A stretch of DNA of 64,000 nt from Macrostomum lignano (Eukaryota), in the NCBI GenBank assembly GCA_002269645.1, contig NIVC01003895.1, forward strand, positions 1-64,000, in the 5' to 3' direction. Position numbers and translations under genes: made by a program. This document shows, one piece after another, positions 41,854-54,967 of the stretch (within the stretch, counting starts at the first letter, position 1; every line of letters starts with the position of its first letter). Under the pieces are notes generated by a model. It did not search any database and was not told the origin of the DNA. It worked only from the letters and a program-made list of their open reading frames with translations.

Positions 41854-44800
41854 TCCTATATACTAAAAATGAGTTGTCTGTGGGTAGGTAGGTAGGTAGG
41901 TATGCGATAGATTTCAGAAAAAATGGCTCAACCGATTTTCTTCAAACTTGCATTATTCGATCAGAAATTTTCCTGGGACGGTACATGCATCTTGGCTAAG
42001 AAATTGCTCAATTTTAAAGGGATTAAATATTCGAAAAACATGCTTTTTTGCAAAGGTCAAGCAGCTCTTTCGACCTGAAATGCATTGTAAGAATGCTAGA
42101 GAAAAAACTGACTGACTGAATTCCGATTGTGATAAAGATTGCATCACAACAAGTTGAAAACAGTACCGAAGAAATGCACACACGACTTGATTTAAATTGC
42201 GTAACCATATTGCTAACTTAAATTGAGACTGATACTGGCTGACTGAGAAATTGATTATGTCATAACTTTTTACTCCAATTGACTTGCTGTAAGAATTGAA
42301 TTATAAGGGCCACAATTCATGTTCTCCAATTGAAAAGAGATAGCCCTGATGCGAACAGACTGGAATGCTAATGTAGCGACCTGGGTTCGAATCATAGTAG
42401 TGCAAAAAGATTTTTTTATTAAAACACCTTAAAAACACAACAAAACTGCTAAACATCAAAGAAGCGCAATGTCAAACATAGAAGAGCCAACATATCGAAC
42501 ATAAAAGAGTTACCATGTCAAACATAAAAGAGCTACCATGTCGAACATTAAAGAGCTACCATGTCGAACATTAAAGAGCCACCATGTCAAACATAAAAGA
42601 GCCACCATGTCAAACATAAAACAGCCACCATTTCGAACATTAAAGAGCCACCATTTCGAACATTAAAGAGCCACCATTTTGAACATTAAAGAGCCACTAT
42701 GTCAAACAATTAAGAGCCACCATGTCAAACATAAAAGAGCCAACATGTCAGACATTCAAAAGCCACCGTATCAAACATAAAAGAGTTACCATGTAGAACA
42801 AAAAAGATCCACCATGTCGAACATAAAAGAGCCACCATGTCAAACATAAAGAGCCACCATGTCAAACATTTAGAAGCCACCATGTCAAACATATATGTGA
42901 CTTTATGTCAAATATTAAAGAGCCACCATGTGAAACATTAAAGAGCCACCATGTCAAACATTTAAGAGTCACCATGTCAAACCTAAAAGAGCCACCATGT
43001 CGAACATAAAAGAGCCACAATGTCAAACATTAAAGAGCCACCATTTCAAACCTAAAGGAGCCACCATGTCGAACATTAAAGAGCCACCATGTCGAACATA
43101 AAAGAGCCACCATATCAAACATAAAAGAGTTACCATGTCAAACATTAAAGAGCCACCATGTCAAACATAAAGCAGCCACCATTTCGAAAATTAAGGAGCC
43201 ACCATTTCGAAAATTAAGGAGCCACCATGTCGAACATTAAAGAGCCACCATGTCAAACATTTAGGAGCCACCATGTCAAACATATATGTGACTTTATGTC
43301 AAATATTAAAGAGCCACCATGTGAAACATTAAAGAGCCACCATGTCAAACATTTAAGAGTCACCATGTTAAACCTAAAAGAGCCACCATGTCGAACATAA
43401 AAGAACCACAATGTCAAACATTAAAGAGCCACCATTTCAAACCTAAAGGAGCCACCATGTCGAACATTAAAGAGCCACCATGTCGAACATAAAAGAGCCA
43501 CCATATCAAACATAAAAGAGTTACCATGTCAAACATTAAAGAGCCACCATGTCAAACATAAAGCAGCCACCATTTCGAAAATTAAGGAGCCACCATTTCG
43601 AAAATTAAGAAGCCACCATGTCGAACATTAAAGAGCCACCTTGTCAAATATTAAAGAGCCACAATGTCAAACATTAAAGAGCCACCATTTCAAACCTAAA
43701 TGAGCCACCATGTCGAACATTAAAGAGCCACCATGTCGAACATAAAAGAGCCACCATGTCGAACATAAAACAGACACCATTAAGAACATTAAAGAGCCAC
43801 CATGTCGAACATTAAAGAGCCACCATGTCAAACATTAAAGAGCCACCATGTCAAACATAAAAGAGCCACCATTTCGAAAATTAAGGAGCCACCATTTCGA
43901 AAATTAAAGAGCCACCATGTTAAACATTAAAGGGCCACCTTGTCAAATATTAAAGAGCCACCATGTCAAACATAAAACAGCCACCATTTCGAAAATTAAA
44001 GAGCCACCATGTCGAACAATAAAGAGCCACCATGTCAAACATAAAACAGACACCATTAAGAACATTAAAGAGCCACCATGTCGAACATTAAAGAGCCACC
44101 ATGTCAAACATAAAACAGCCACCATTTCGAAAATTAAGGAGCCACCATTTCGAAATTTAAAGAGCCACCATGTTAAACATTAAAGGGCCACCTTGTCAAA
44201 TATTAAAGAGCCACCATTTCAAACCCAAAAGAGCGACCATGTCGAACATACAAGAGCCACCATGTCGAACATAAAAGAGCAGCCATGTAGAACATAAAAG
44301 AGCCACCATGTCGAACATAAAAGAGCCACCATGTCAAACATAAAAAAGCCAGCATGTCAAACATAAAAGAGCCAACATGAAGAACATTAAAGAGCCACCA
44401 TGTCGACCATTAAAAGAGCCACCATGTCGAACATACAAGAGCCACCATGTCAAACATTCAAGATATACAATTTCAAATGTAAAGGTATAAAGCGCCATGC
44501 TAATTTAAAGGAGCCACTATAAAGCTAAGGAAATTGTCGCTCTAGCTACTTTTTGTCTGGTGGATGGTTGCTATTTGGGGGATGCTTGCTTTCTGGGGGA
44601 TGCTTGCTATCTGGGCGATGCTTGCAATTTGGGGGATGCTTGCTATCTGAGGGATGCTTGCTATCTGGTGGATGCTTGCTATCTGAGGGATGCTTGCTAT
44701 CTGAGTGATGCTTGCTATCTGGGGGATGCTTGCTATTTGGAGGATGCTTGCTTTCTGGGGGATGCTTGCTATCTGGGCGATGCTTGCAATTTGGGGGATG

Positions 44801-45330
44801 CTTGCTATCTGAGGGATGCTTGCTATCTGGTGGATGCTTGCTATCTGAGGGATGCTTGCTATCTGAGTGATGCTTGCTATCTGGGGGATGCTTGCTATCT
44901 GAGGGATGCTTGCTATCTGAGGGATGCTTGCTATTTGGGGTATGCTTGCTATCTGAGGGATGCTTGCTATCTGGGGAATGCTTGCTATCTGGGGAATGTT
45001 TGCTATCTGGGGAATGCTTGCTATCTGGGGGATGCTTGCTATCTGGGGGATGTTTGCTATCTGGGGGATGCTTGCTATCTGGGGGATGCTTGCTATCTGG
45101 GGGATGCTTGCTATCTGGGGGATGCTTGCTATTTGAGGGATGCTTGCTATCTGGGGAATGCTTGCTATCTGGGGGATGCTTGTGGTCTTGGGAAGATTTC
45201 TTATTGCAATTCACTTCATTTGAGCAGTTTGTCTGGCTCTTTGTGAAGGCTTTTCTGGCTGTCTTTTTGTTACTTGTAGAGAACAGAGATTCTATCCAGA
45301 TGTCCCCCATCGGGGGGCGAAGATTGCTAG
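41854..45330 (+). mobile_element. Non-autonomous Helitron, copy B (3.48 kb)
   Basis: A|TCCTATATACTAAAAATG start; CCCCCATCGGGGGG hairpin plus CTAG end. Confidence 0.9.
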
Positions 45331-48300
45331 TCCTATATACTAAAAATGAGTTGTCTGTATGTGGGTATGCGATAGATTTCAGAAAAATTGGCTCAACCGC
45401 TTTTCTTCAAACTTGCACCATTCGATCAGAAATTTTCCTGGGACGGTACATGCATCTTGGCTAAGAAATTGCTCAATATTAAAGGGATTAAATATTCGAA
45501 AAACATGCTTTTTTGCAAAGGTCAAGAAAAATTTTCGACTTGAAATGCATTGTAAGAATACTAGAGAAAAACCTGACTGACTGAATTTCAATTCTGATAA
45601 AGATTACATCATAACAAGTTGAAAACAGTGCCGAAGAAATGCACACACAACTTGATTTCAATTGCGTAACCATATTGCTAACTTGAATTGAGACTGATAC
45701 TAGCTGACTGAGAAATTGAAACTTTTTACTCTAACCGACTTGCTGTAAGAATTAAATTATAAGGGCAACAGTTCATGTTCTCCAATTGAAAAGAGATAGC
45801 CATGATGCGAACAGACTGGACTGCTAATGTAGCGACCTAGGTTCGAATCTTAGTAATGCAAAATAATTTTTTTATCAAAATACACTCAAACACAAAATGC
45901 CAAACATAAAGGAAGCGCGATGTAAAACATTAAAGAGCCAACCATCTAAAACATTAAAAGAGCCACCATGTCGAACATTAAAGAGCCACCATGTCAAAGA
46001 TAAAAGAACCACCATGTCAAACATATACGTGACTCCATGTCAAACATATACGTGACTCCATGTCAAATATTAAAGAGCCACCATGTCAAACATAAAAAAA
46101 CCACTATGTCAAAAATTAAAGAGCCACCATGTCAAACATTAAAGAGCCACCATGTCGAACATTAAATAGCTACCATGTCAAACATTAAAGAGCTACCATG
46201 TCAAACATTAAAGAGCCACCATGTCGAACATTAAAGAGCTACTATGTCAAACATTAAAAAGCTACCATGTCAAACATTAAAGAGCCACCATGTCGAACAT
46301 TAAAGAGCCACCATGTCAAACATAAAAAAACCACTATGTCAAAAATTAAAGAGCCACCATTTCAAACATTAAAGAGCTACCATGTCAAACATTAAAGAGC
46401 CACCATGTCGAACATTAAAGAGCTACTATGTCAAACATTAAAAAGCTACCATGTCAAACATTAAAGAGCCACCATGTCGAACATTAAAGAGCCACCATGT
46501 CAAACATTAAAAGAGCCACCATGTCGAACATTAAAGAGCCACCATGTCAAACATATACGTGACTCCATGTCAAACATATACGTGACTCCATGTCAAACAT
46601 ATACGTGACTCCATGTCAAATATTAAAGAGCCACCATGTCAAACAAAAAGAACCACTATGTCAAGCATTAAAGAGCCACAATTTCGAACATTAAAGAGCT
46701 ACCATGTCAAACATTAAAGAGCCACCAGGTCGAACATTAAAGAGCCACCATGTCAAACATTAAAGAGCCACCATGTCAAACATTAAAGAGCAACCATCTC
46801 AAAGATAAAAGAACCACCATGTCACACATATACGTGACTCCATGTCAAACATTAAAGTGCCACAATGTAAAACATTAAAGGGCTACCATGTCCAACATTT
46901 AAGAACCACCATGTTAAACATATACGTGACTCCATGTCAAACATATACGTGACTCCATGTCAAACATTAAAGAGCTACCATGTCAAACATAAAAGAACCA
47001 CTATGTCAAGCATAAAAGAGCCACCATTTCGAACATTAAATAGCTACCATGTCAAACATTAAAGAGCCACCATGTCGAACATTAAAGAGCCACCATGTCA
47101 AAGATAAAAGAACCACCATGTCAAACATATACGTGACTCCATGTCAAACATATACGTGACTCCATGTCAAATATTAAAGAGCCACCATGTCAAACATAAA
47201 AAAACCACTATGTCAAAAATTAAAGAGCCACCATTTCAAACATTAAAGAGCTACCATGTCAAACATTAAAGAGCCACCATGTCGAACATTAAAGGGCCGC
47301 CATGTCAAACATTAAATAGCCACCATGGCGAACATTAAAGAGCCACCATGTCGAACATTAATGAGCCACCATGTCAAACATTAAAAGAGCCACCATGTCG
47401 AACATTAAAGAGCCACCATGTCAAACATATACGTGACTCCATGTCAAACATATATGTGACTCCATGTCAAACATATACGTGACTCCATGTCAAATGTTAA
47501 AGAGCCACCATGTCAAACATAAAAGAACCACTATGTCAAGCATTAAAGAGCCACCATGTCAAACATTAAAGAGCCACCATGTCGAACATTAAATAGCTAC
47601 CATGTCAAACATTAAAGAGCCACCATGTCAAACATTAAAGAGCAACCATCTCAAAGATAAAAGAACCACCATGTCACACATATACGTGACTCCATGTCAA
47701 ACATTAAAGAGCCACCATCTCAAACATTAAAGGGCTACCATGTCAAACATTTAAGAACCACCATGTTAAACATATACGTGACTCCATGTCAAACATATAC
47801 GTGACTCCATGTCAAACATTAAAGAGCTACCATGTCAAACATAAAAGAACCACTATGTCAAGCATAAAAGAGCCACCATTTCGAACATTAAATAGCTACC
47901 ATGTCAAACATTAAAGAGCCACCATGTCAAACATTAAAGAGCAACCATGTCAAAGATAAAAGAACCACCATGTCAAACATATACGTGACTCCATGTCAAA
48001 CATATACGTGACTCCATGTCACACATATACGTGACTCCATGTCAAACATTAAAGAGCCACCATGTCAATCATTAAAGGGCTACCATGTCACACATTAAAC
48101 AGCCACCATGTCGAACATTAAAGAGCTACCATGTCAAACATTAAATAGCCACCATTTCGAACATTAAAGAGCTACCATGTCAAACATTAAAGAGCCACAA
48201 TTTCGATTATTAAAGAGCTACCATCTCAAACATTAAAGAGCCACCATGTCGAACATTAAAGAGCTACCATGTCAAACATTAAAGAGCTACCATGTCAAGC

Positions 48301-49508
48301 ATTAAAGAGTCACCATGTCAAACATTAAAGAGCCACCATGTCAAGCATTAAAGAGCCACCATGTCAAACATTAAAGAGCTACCATGTCAAGCATTAAAGA
48401 GCCACCATCTCAAAGATAAAAGAACCACCATGTTAAAAATATACGTGACTCCATGTCAAACATATCCGTGACTCCATGTCAAACATATCCGTGACTCCAT
48501 GTCAAACATTAAAGAGCCACAATTTCGAACATTAAAGAGCTACCATGTCAAACATTAAAGAGCCACCAGGTCGAACATTAAAGAGCCACCATGTCAAACA
48601 TTAAAGAGCCACCATTTTGAACATTAAAGAGTCACTATGTCAAACATTAAAGAGCCACTTTGTTGAATATTAAAGAGCCACTATGTCAAACATTAAAGAG
48701 CCACCATGTCAAACATTAAAGAGCCACCATGTCGAACATAAAGGAGCCACCATGTCGAACATAAAGGAGCCACCATGTTGAAATTTAAAGAGCCAACCTG
48801 TAAAACATTTAAAAGATTCACCATGTCAAACATATAAGACACTTCATTTCAAACATAAAAGAGCCACCATGTCAAACATAAAAGATACACAATTTCAAAC
48901 GTAAAAGTGAGCGAATTTTAAAGGAGCCACTATAATACTAAGGAAATTGTCGCACTAGCTACTTATTGTCTGGTGGATGCTTGCTATTTGGGGATGCTAT
49001 CTATCTGGGGGATGCTTGCTATTTGGGGATGCTATCTATCTGGGGGATGCTTGCTATCCGGGGGATGCTTGCTATCCGGGGGATGCTTGCTATCTGGGGG
49101 ATGCTTGCTATCTGGGGGATGCTTGCTATCTGGGGGATGCTTGCTATCTGGGGATGCTTGCTATCTGGGGGATGCTTGCTATTTGGGTGATGCTTGCTAT
49201 CTGGGGGATGCTTGCTATCTGGGGGATGCTTGCAATCTGGGGGATGCTTGCTATCTGGGGGATGCTTGCTATTTGGGTGATGCTTGCTATCTGGGGGATG
49301 CTTGCTATCCGGGGGATGCTTGCAATCTGGGGGATGCTTGCTATCTGGGGGATGCTTGCTGTCTTGGGATGATTTCTTTTTGCATTGCACTTCATTTGAG
49401 TAGTTTGTCTGTTTTCTTTGTGAAAGCTTTATTTGGCTATCTTCTTATTACTTGTAGAGAACAGAGATTCTATACAGATGTCCCCCAACGGGGGGCGAAG
49501 ATTGCTAG
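45331..49508 (+). mobile_element. Non-autonomous Helitron, copy C (4.18 kb)
   Basis: CTAG|TCCTATATAC junction at 45330/45331; same 3' hairpin plus CTAG; distinct satellite variant CATATACGTGACTCCATGTCAAA. Confidence 0.9.
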
Positions 49509-52500
49509 TCCTATATACTAAAAATGAAATGTGTGTCTCTGTGAGATAGATTTCAGAAAAAACGGCTTAACCGATTTTCTTCAAACTTGCACCATTCGAT
49601 CAGAAATTTTCCTGGGACGGTACATGCATCTTGGCTAAGAAATTGCTCAATGTTAAAGGGATTAAATATTCGAAAAACATGCTTTTTTGCAAAGGTCAAG
49701 CAGCTCTTTCGACCTGAAATGCATTGTAAGAATGCTAGAGAAAAAACTGACTGACTGAATTCTGATTCTGACAAAGATTGCATCACAACAAGTTGAAAAC
49801 AGTGCCGAAGAAATGCACACACGACTTGAATGAAATTGCGTAACCATATTGGCAACTTAAATTGAGACTGATTCTGGCTGACTGAGAAATTGATTATGTC
49901 ATAACTTTTTACTCCAATTGACTTGCTGTAAGAATTGAATTATAAGGGCCACAATTTATGTTCTCCAATTGAAAAAGATAGCCCAGATGCGAACAGACTG
50001 GAATGCTAATGTAGCGACTTGGGTTCGAATCTTAGTAGGGCAAAAAAGATTTTTTTTTATTAAAACACCTTAAAAACACAAAACTTCTAAACATAAAAGA
50101 AGCGCAATGTCAAACATAGAAGAGCCACCATGTCGAACATAAAAGAGCTAACATATCGAATATTAAAGAGCCACCATGTCAAACCTAAACGAGCCACCAT
50201 GTCTAATATTTAAGAGGCACCATATAAAACATATAAGTGACTTTATGTCAAACATAAAAGAGCCACCATTTCTAACATTAAACAGCCACCATTTCGAACA
50301 TTAAAGAGCCACCATGTCGAAAATAAAAGAGTCACTATTTCGAACATCAAAGAGCCACTATGTCAAACATTTAGGAGCCACTTTTTCGAACATTAAAGAG
50401 CCACCATGTCAAACATAAAAGAGCCAACATGTCAAACATAAAAGAGCCAACATGTCAAACATAAAGAGCCACCATGTCAAACATTTAAGAGCCACCATGT
50501 CAAACATATATGTGACTTTGTGTTAAACATTAAAGAGCCACCATTTCGAACATTAAAGAGCCACCATGTCAAACATGAAAGAGCTATAACATGAAGAATA
50601 TTAAAGAGCCACCATGTCGAACATAAAAGAGCTGCCATGTAAAATAACAAAGAGCTACCAAGTTAAACATAAAAGAGCCACCATGTAAAACATTAAAGAG
50701 CCACCATGTGAAACATTAAAGAGCCACATTGTCAAACCTAGAAGAGCCACCATGTCGAACATAACAGAGCTACCATGTCAAACATTAAAGAGCCACCATG
50801 TCAAACATTCAAAAGTTACATTGTCAAACATTGAAGAGCCACTATGTCAAACATTTAGGAGCCACTTTGTCGAACATTAAAGAGCCAACATGTCAGACAT
50901 TAAAAAAGCCACCGTATCAAATAAAAAGAGTTAACATGTAGAACAAAAAAGAGCCACCATTTCGAACATAAAAGAGCCAACATGTCAAACATAAAGAGCC
51001 ACCATGTCAAACATTTAAGAGCCACCATGTCAAACATATATGTGACTTTATGTCAAACATTAAAGAGCCACCATTTCGGACATAACAGAGCTACCATGTA
51101 AAACATTAAAGAGCCACCATGTCAAACATTAAAGAGCCACCATGTCGAACATAAAAGAGCCACCATGTCAAACCTAAAAGAGCCACCATGTCGAAAATAA
51201 AAGAGCCACTATTTCGAACATTAAAGAGCCACCATTTCGAACATTAAAGAGCCACCATGTCGACCATAAAAGAGCCACTATTTCGAACATTAAATATCCA
51301 CCATGTCGAACATAAAAGAGCCAACATGTCAAACATAAAAGAGCCAACATGTCAAACATAAAGAGCCACCATGTCGAAAATGAAAGAGCCACACCATGGG
51401 GGGCCGTAGCCCAGCGGTAGCGCAGCTGCTCTGGTGTGCCGCGACCCAGGCTCGATTCCAAGTGCAGCCACATTAATTTGGGGCTGGATTGGAATCTTGG
51501 CTTGGCTCGCTTGTGCAATTAACGGCCTTGAGAGCCAACCCCCCCAAGGCGCAGTGAAGTGTACATGCCTAACAATTGATAAAAGTTAGGGCCGCTGTAC
51601 ACTCCTGTGTGAGTGTGTGCCTGCGTAACGTATCCGCGCGCTTGTATGCCTGCTCAGGGGAGTCGGCGGAATGGGCAGTAATGCCTCTCGCCGGTTGTGT
51701 GCCTATGACGCTTAAATTGCGCCAGGGTGCACACAACCCCCCTGCCTCTAAAAAAAAAAAAAATAAAAAAAATAAATAAAAAAAATAAAAAAAAAATAAA
51801 AAAAGAGCCACCATGTCGAAAATGAAAGAGCCACAATTTCGAACATTAAAGAGCCACCATTTCGAACATTAAAGAGCCACCATGTCGACCATAAAAGAGC
51901 CACCATGTCAAACATGAAAGAGCTATAACATGAAGAATATTAAAGAGCCACCATGTCGAACATTAAAGAGCCACCATGTCGAACATTTAAGAGCCACCAT
52001 GTTAAACCTAAAAGAGCCACCATGTTAAACCTAAAAGAGCCACCATGTTAAACCTAAAAGAGCCACCATGTTAAACCTAAAAGAGCCACCATGTCAAACC
52101 TAAAAGAGCCACCATTTCGAACATATAAGTGACTTTATGTCAAACATTAAAGAGCCACCATGTCAAACATTAAAGAGCCACCATGTAAAACAAAAGAGCC
52201 ACCATTTCGAACATTAAAGAGCCACCATGTCAAACATTTAAGAGCCACCATGTTAAACATAAAAGAGCCACTATGTTGAACATTAAACAGCCATCATGTC
52301 AAACCTAAAAGATCCACAATTTCGAACACTTAAGAGCCACAATGTAGAATATTAAAGAGCTACCATGTCAAACATTTAAGAGCCACCATGTCAAACATTT
52401 AAGAGCCACCACGTAAAACATTAAAGAGCCACCATTTGAAACATTAAAGAGTCACCATGTCAAACATTTAAGAGCCACCATGTCAAACATTTAAGAGCCA

Positions 52501-53776
52501 CCATGTCAAACCTAAAAGAGCCACCATGTCAAACCTAAAAGAGCCACCATGTCGAACATAAAAGAGCCACCATGTCAAACCTAAAAGAGCCACCATGTCG
52601 AACATAAAAGAGCTATACCATGAAAAAAATTAAAGAGCCACTATCTCGAACATTAAAGAGCCACCATGTCAAACATTTAAGAGCCACCATGTCAAACATT
52701 TAAGAGCCACCATGTCAAACCTAAAAGAGCCACCATGTCAAACCTAAAAGAGCCACCATGTCAAACCTAAAAGAGCCACCATGTCGAACATAAAAGAGCT
52801 ATACCATGAAAAACATTAAAGAGCCACTTTCTCGAACATTAAGGAGCCACCATGTCAAACATTTAAAAGCCACCTTGTCAAACATTAAATAGCCACTTTG
52901 TCGAACATTAAAGAGTCACTGTGTCAAACATAAAAGAGCCACTGTTTCAAACATAAAAGAGCCACCAGGTTAAACATTAAAGAGCCACCATGTCAAACAA
53001 TAAAGAGGCACCATGTCAAACATAAAAGAGCCACCATGTCTGACATTAAAAAGCCATCGTTTCAAACATAAAACAGTTGCCATGTAGAACTTAAAACAGC
53101 CACCATGTCAAACATAAAATTTACACAATTTCAAACATAAAAGTAAGCGAATTTTAAAGGAGCCACTATAATGCTAAGGAAATTATCGCACTAGCTACTT
53201 ATTGTCTGGTGGATGCTTGCTATTTGGGGATGCTATCTATGTAGGGGATGCTTGCTATCTGGCGGATGCTTGCTATCTGGGGGATGCTTGCTATCTGGGG
53301 GATGCTTGCTATCTGGGGGTTGCTTGTAATCTGGAAGATGCCTGCTATCTGGCGGATGCTTGCTATCTGGGGGATGCTTGCTATCTGGGGGATGCTTGCT
53401 ATCTGGGGGATGCTTGCTATCTGGGGGATGCTTGCTATCTGGGGGTTGCTTGTAATCTGGAAGATGCTTGCTATCTGGCGGATGCTTGCTATCTGGAAGA
53501 TGCTTGCTATCTGGCGGATGCTTGCTATCTGGGGGATGCTTGCTATCTGGGGGATGCTTGCTATCTGGGGGATGCTTGCTATCTGGGGGTTGCTTGTAAT
53601 CTGGAAGATGCTTGCTATCTGGGGGATGCTTGCTGTCTTGGGATGATTTCTTTTTGCTTCCTTTGAGTATTTTGTCTGTTTTTTTTTGTGAAGGCCTTTT
53701 TTGGCTATCTTTTTGTTACTTGTAGAGAACAGAGGTTCTATACAGATGTCCCCCAACGGGGGGCGAAGATTGCTAG
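49509..53776 (+). mobile_element. Non-autonomous Helitron, copy D (4.27 kb): near-identical to copy A plus a SINE insertion
   Basis: CTAG|TC junction at 49508/49509; ends CTAG|T at 53776/53777; its length exceeds copy A by ~443 bp, equal to the SINE plus its duplication. Confidence 0.9.
51393..51803 (+). mobile_element. Young tRNA-derived SINE with poly(A) tail, inserted in Helitron D
   Basis: GGGGGCCGTAGCCCAGCGGTAG (A-box), GGCTCGATTCC (B-box), A-rich tail; AAAGAGCCACCATGTCGAAAATGAAAGAGCCAC occurs on both sides but only once at the matching site of copy A (~33927-33958). Confidence 0.88.
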
Positions 53777-53789
53777 TTTTTCTCTAAAA

Positions 53790-54029
53790 ATGTTTCCAGT
53801 TGTCTCTCCAGGTTCTTATTACAAAGCGCACGAGCCTAATTACAAGAGTAAGTACCAATGCAAGAAGGAATGCAGCGAGTACATGAGAAAATATTGGCCC
53901 GATGTTGATATCAATGCCCCTAATATTAATCTAGCTCTTCAAAGACACTGGTTTCATAAGTACGGAGTAACCTACGTAAAAGATTACGACAGCTATTATA
54001 ACTTTGCAGAAGTTATAAGGCAGTTGTAG
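53790..54029 (+). CDS. Small viral hypothetical protein (79 aa, MFPVVSPGSYYKAHEP...)
   Basis: ATG in the element's AAAAATG context; the ORF-track start at 53688 runs through the Helitron end and is not credible. Confidence 0.55.
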   Translation: MFPVVSPGSYYKAHEPNYKSKYQCKKECSEYMRKYWPDVDINAPNINLALQRHWFHKYGVTYVKDYDSYYNFAEVIRQL

Positions 54030-54088
54030 TAGCCAACTACAAGGTTGTACCTGGCGGCTTATATCAATGTTACAAGTCTGAAGACGAC

Positions 54089-54946
54089 TCACATTCTCTC
54101 AATAATAATTGTTAGCACAAACTCTTCCCCGTTAAAATCGACACCAACTCCATCCGCTGTTTCAAACTGCAGAACGATTTCATGTATCTCTCTATTACTC
54201 AGAATCACTCTTTTCACGGGGTTTGGCTTTTGCACAAGCATTTTGCCACCAGCAACAGAGTTTGAAATGTTAAAAAGTATGTTGGTTCGTTTGCCCTTGA
54301 ATATCCAATCATGGCTCAGATTGCTGCGAATTAATATATTCAAGCCTTTGACAATGTCAGCGATATTTGGCGCCAAGTACATACCGGATATTAGCCGGGA
54401 CACAGCAACAGTGCCAGGCGCCTGCGGCGGGCTTTGGTCTGTGGCGCCACCATAAACTCTCTTTTCAAATCCCAACTCGCGATACCAAGTGCCATCTTTA
54501 AACTCTACCTCTGCGTCCTTATGAACTTGCAAGACAACTCTCATGACAGTTAGATCATAAGTTAATCTAACAGGGAACAGTTTATTTTCTGGTTTGCTTT
54601 CATCCGGTATCTCAAAATGCTTTCGTTTAGTGAAGACGTTCTCCAAGAAGTAATTATAAGTATCCACGCTCTGTGTGCTGACAGGAAATATCACAACCTC
54701 TGTTGTAGTACGCTTCCATTTGTAATAAAACTTGTTATTTTCCGCTGTCACATTGGGAACATTTGACCACCCAGTGAAATCATTGAGATAGACGTGGTAA
54801 TTCGCCTCGGGATCCAAACGAAGTGGTTGCTCCAATTTTTGAATGAAGATTCCGTTTGACTCAGTAATGCGACCCGCTACAGTGATTGGAATGCTCTCCT
54901 TAGAGTGTGAAACAATGTTGTTCAGTCTTTCGGCTATGGCTTCCAT
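54089..54946 (-). CDS. Minor capsid (penton-like) protein, 285 aa
   Basis: 'LEQPLRLD...YHVYL......NVPNVTAENNKFYY' and C-terminal 'NILFN...VAGG..LVQKP.....IHEIVLQF....G..VDFNGEE' match the Polinton/adintovirus penton pattern; adjacent to the MCP gene. Confidence 0.8.
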   Translation of the reverse strand: MEAIAERLNNIVSHSKESIPITVAGRITESNGIFIQKLEQPLRLDPEANYHVYLNDFTGWSNVPNVTAENNKFYYKWKRTTTEVVIFPVSTQSVDTYNYFLENVFTKRKHFEIPDESKPENKLFPVRLTYDLTVMRVVLQVHKDAEVEFKDGTWYRELGFEKRVYGGATDQSPPQAPGTVAVSRLISGMYLAPNIADIVKGLNILIRSNLSHDWIFKGKRTNILFNISNSVAGGKMLVQKPNPVKRVILSNREIHEIVLQFETADGVGVDFNGEEFVLTIIIERM

Positions 54947-54967
54947 TTTTTTATTGAAAAAAATTAT

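Noticed and set aside
35326-53756. (GDACYL)n, (PPDSKH)n and (IPQIAS)n ORFs
   Set aside because: Translations of the 18-bp Helitron satellite.
53688-53789. N-terminal extension of the 113-aa ORF
   Set aside because: It is the Helitron 3' end read in frame; the real start is probably the ATG at 53790.
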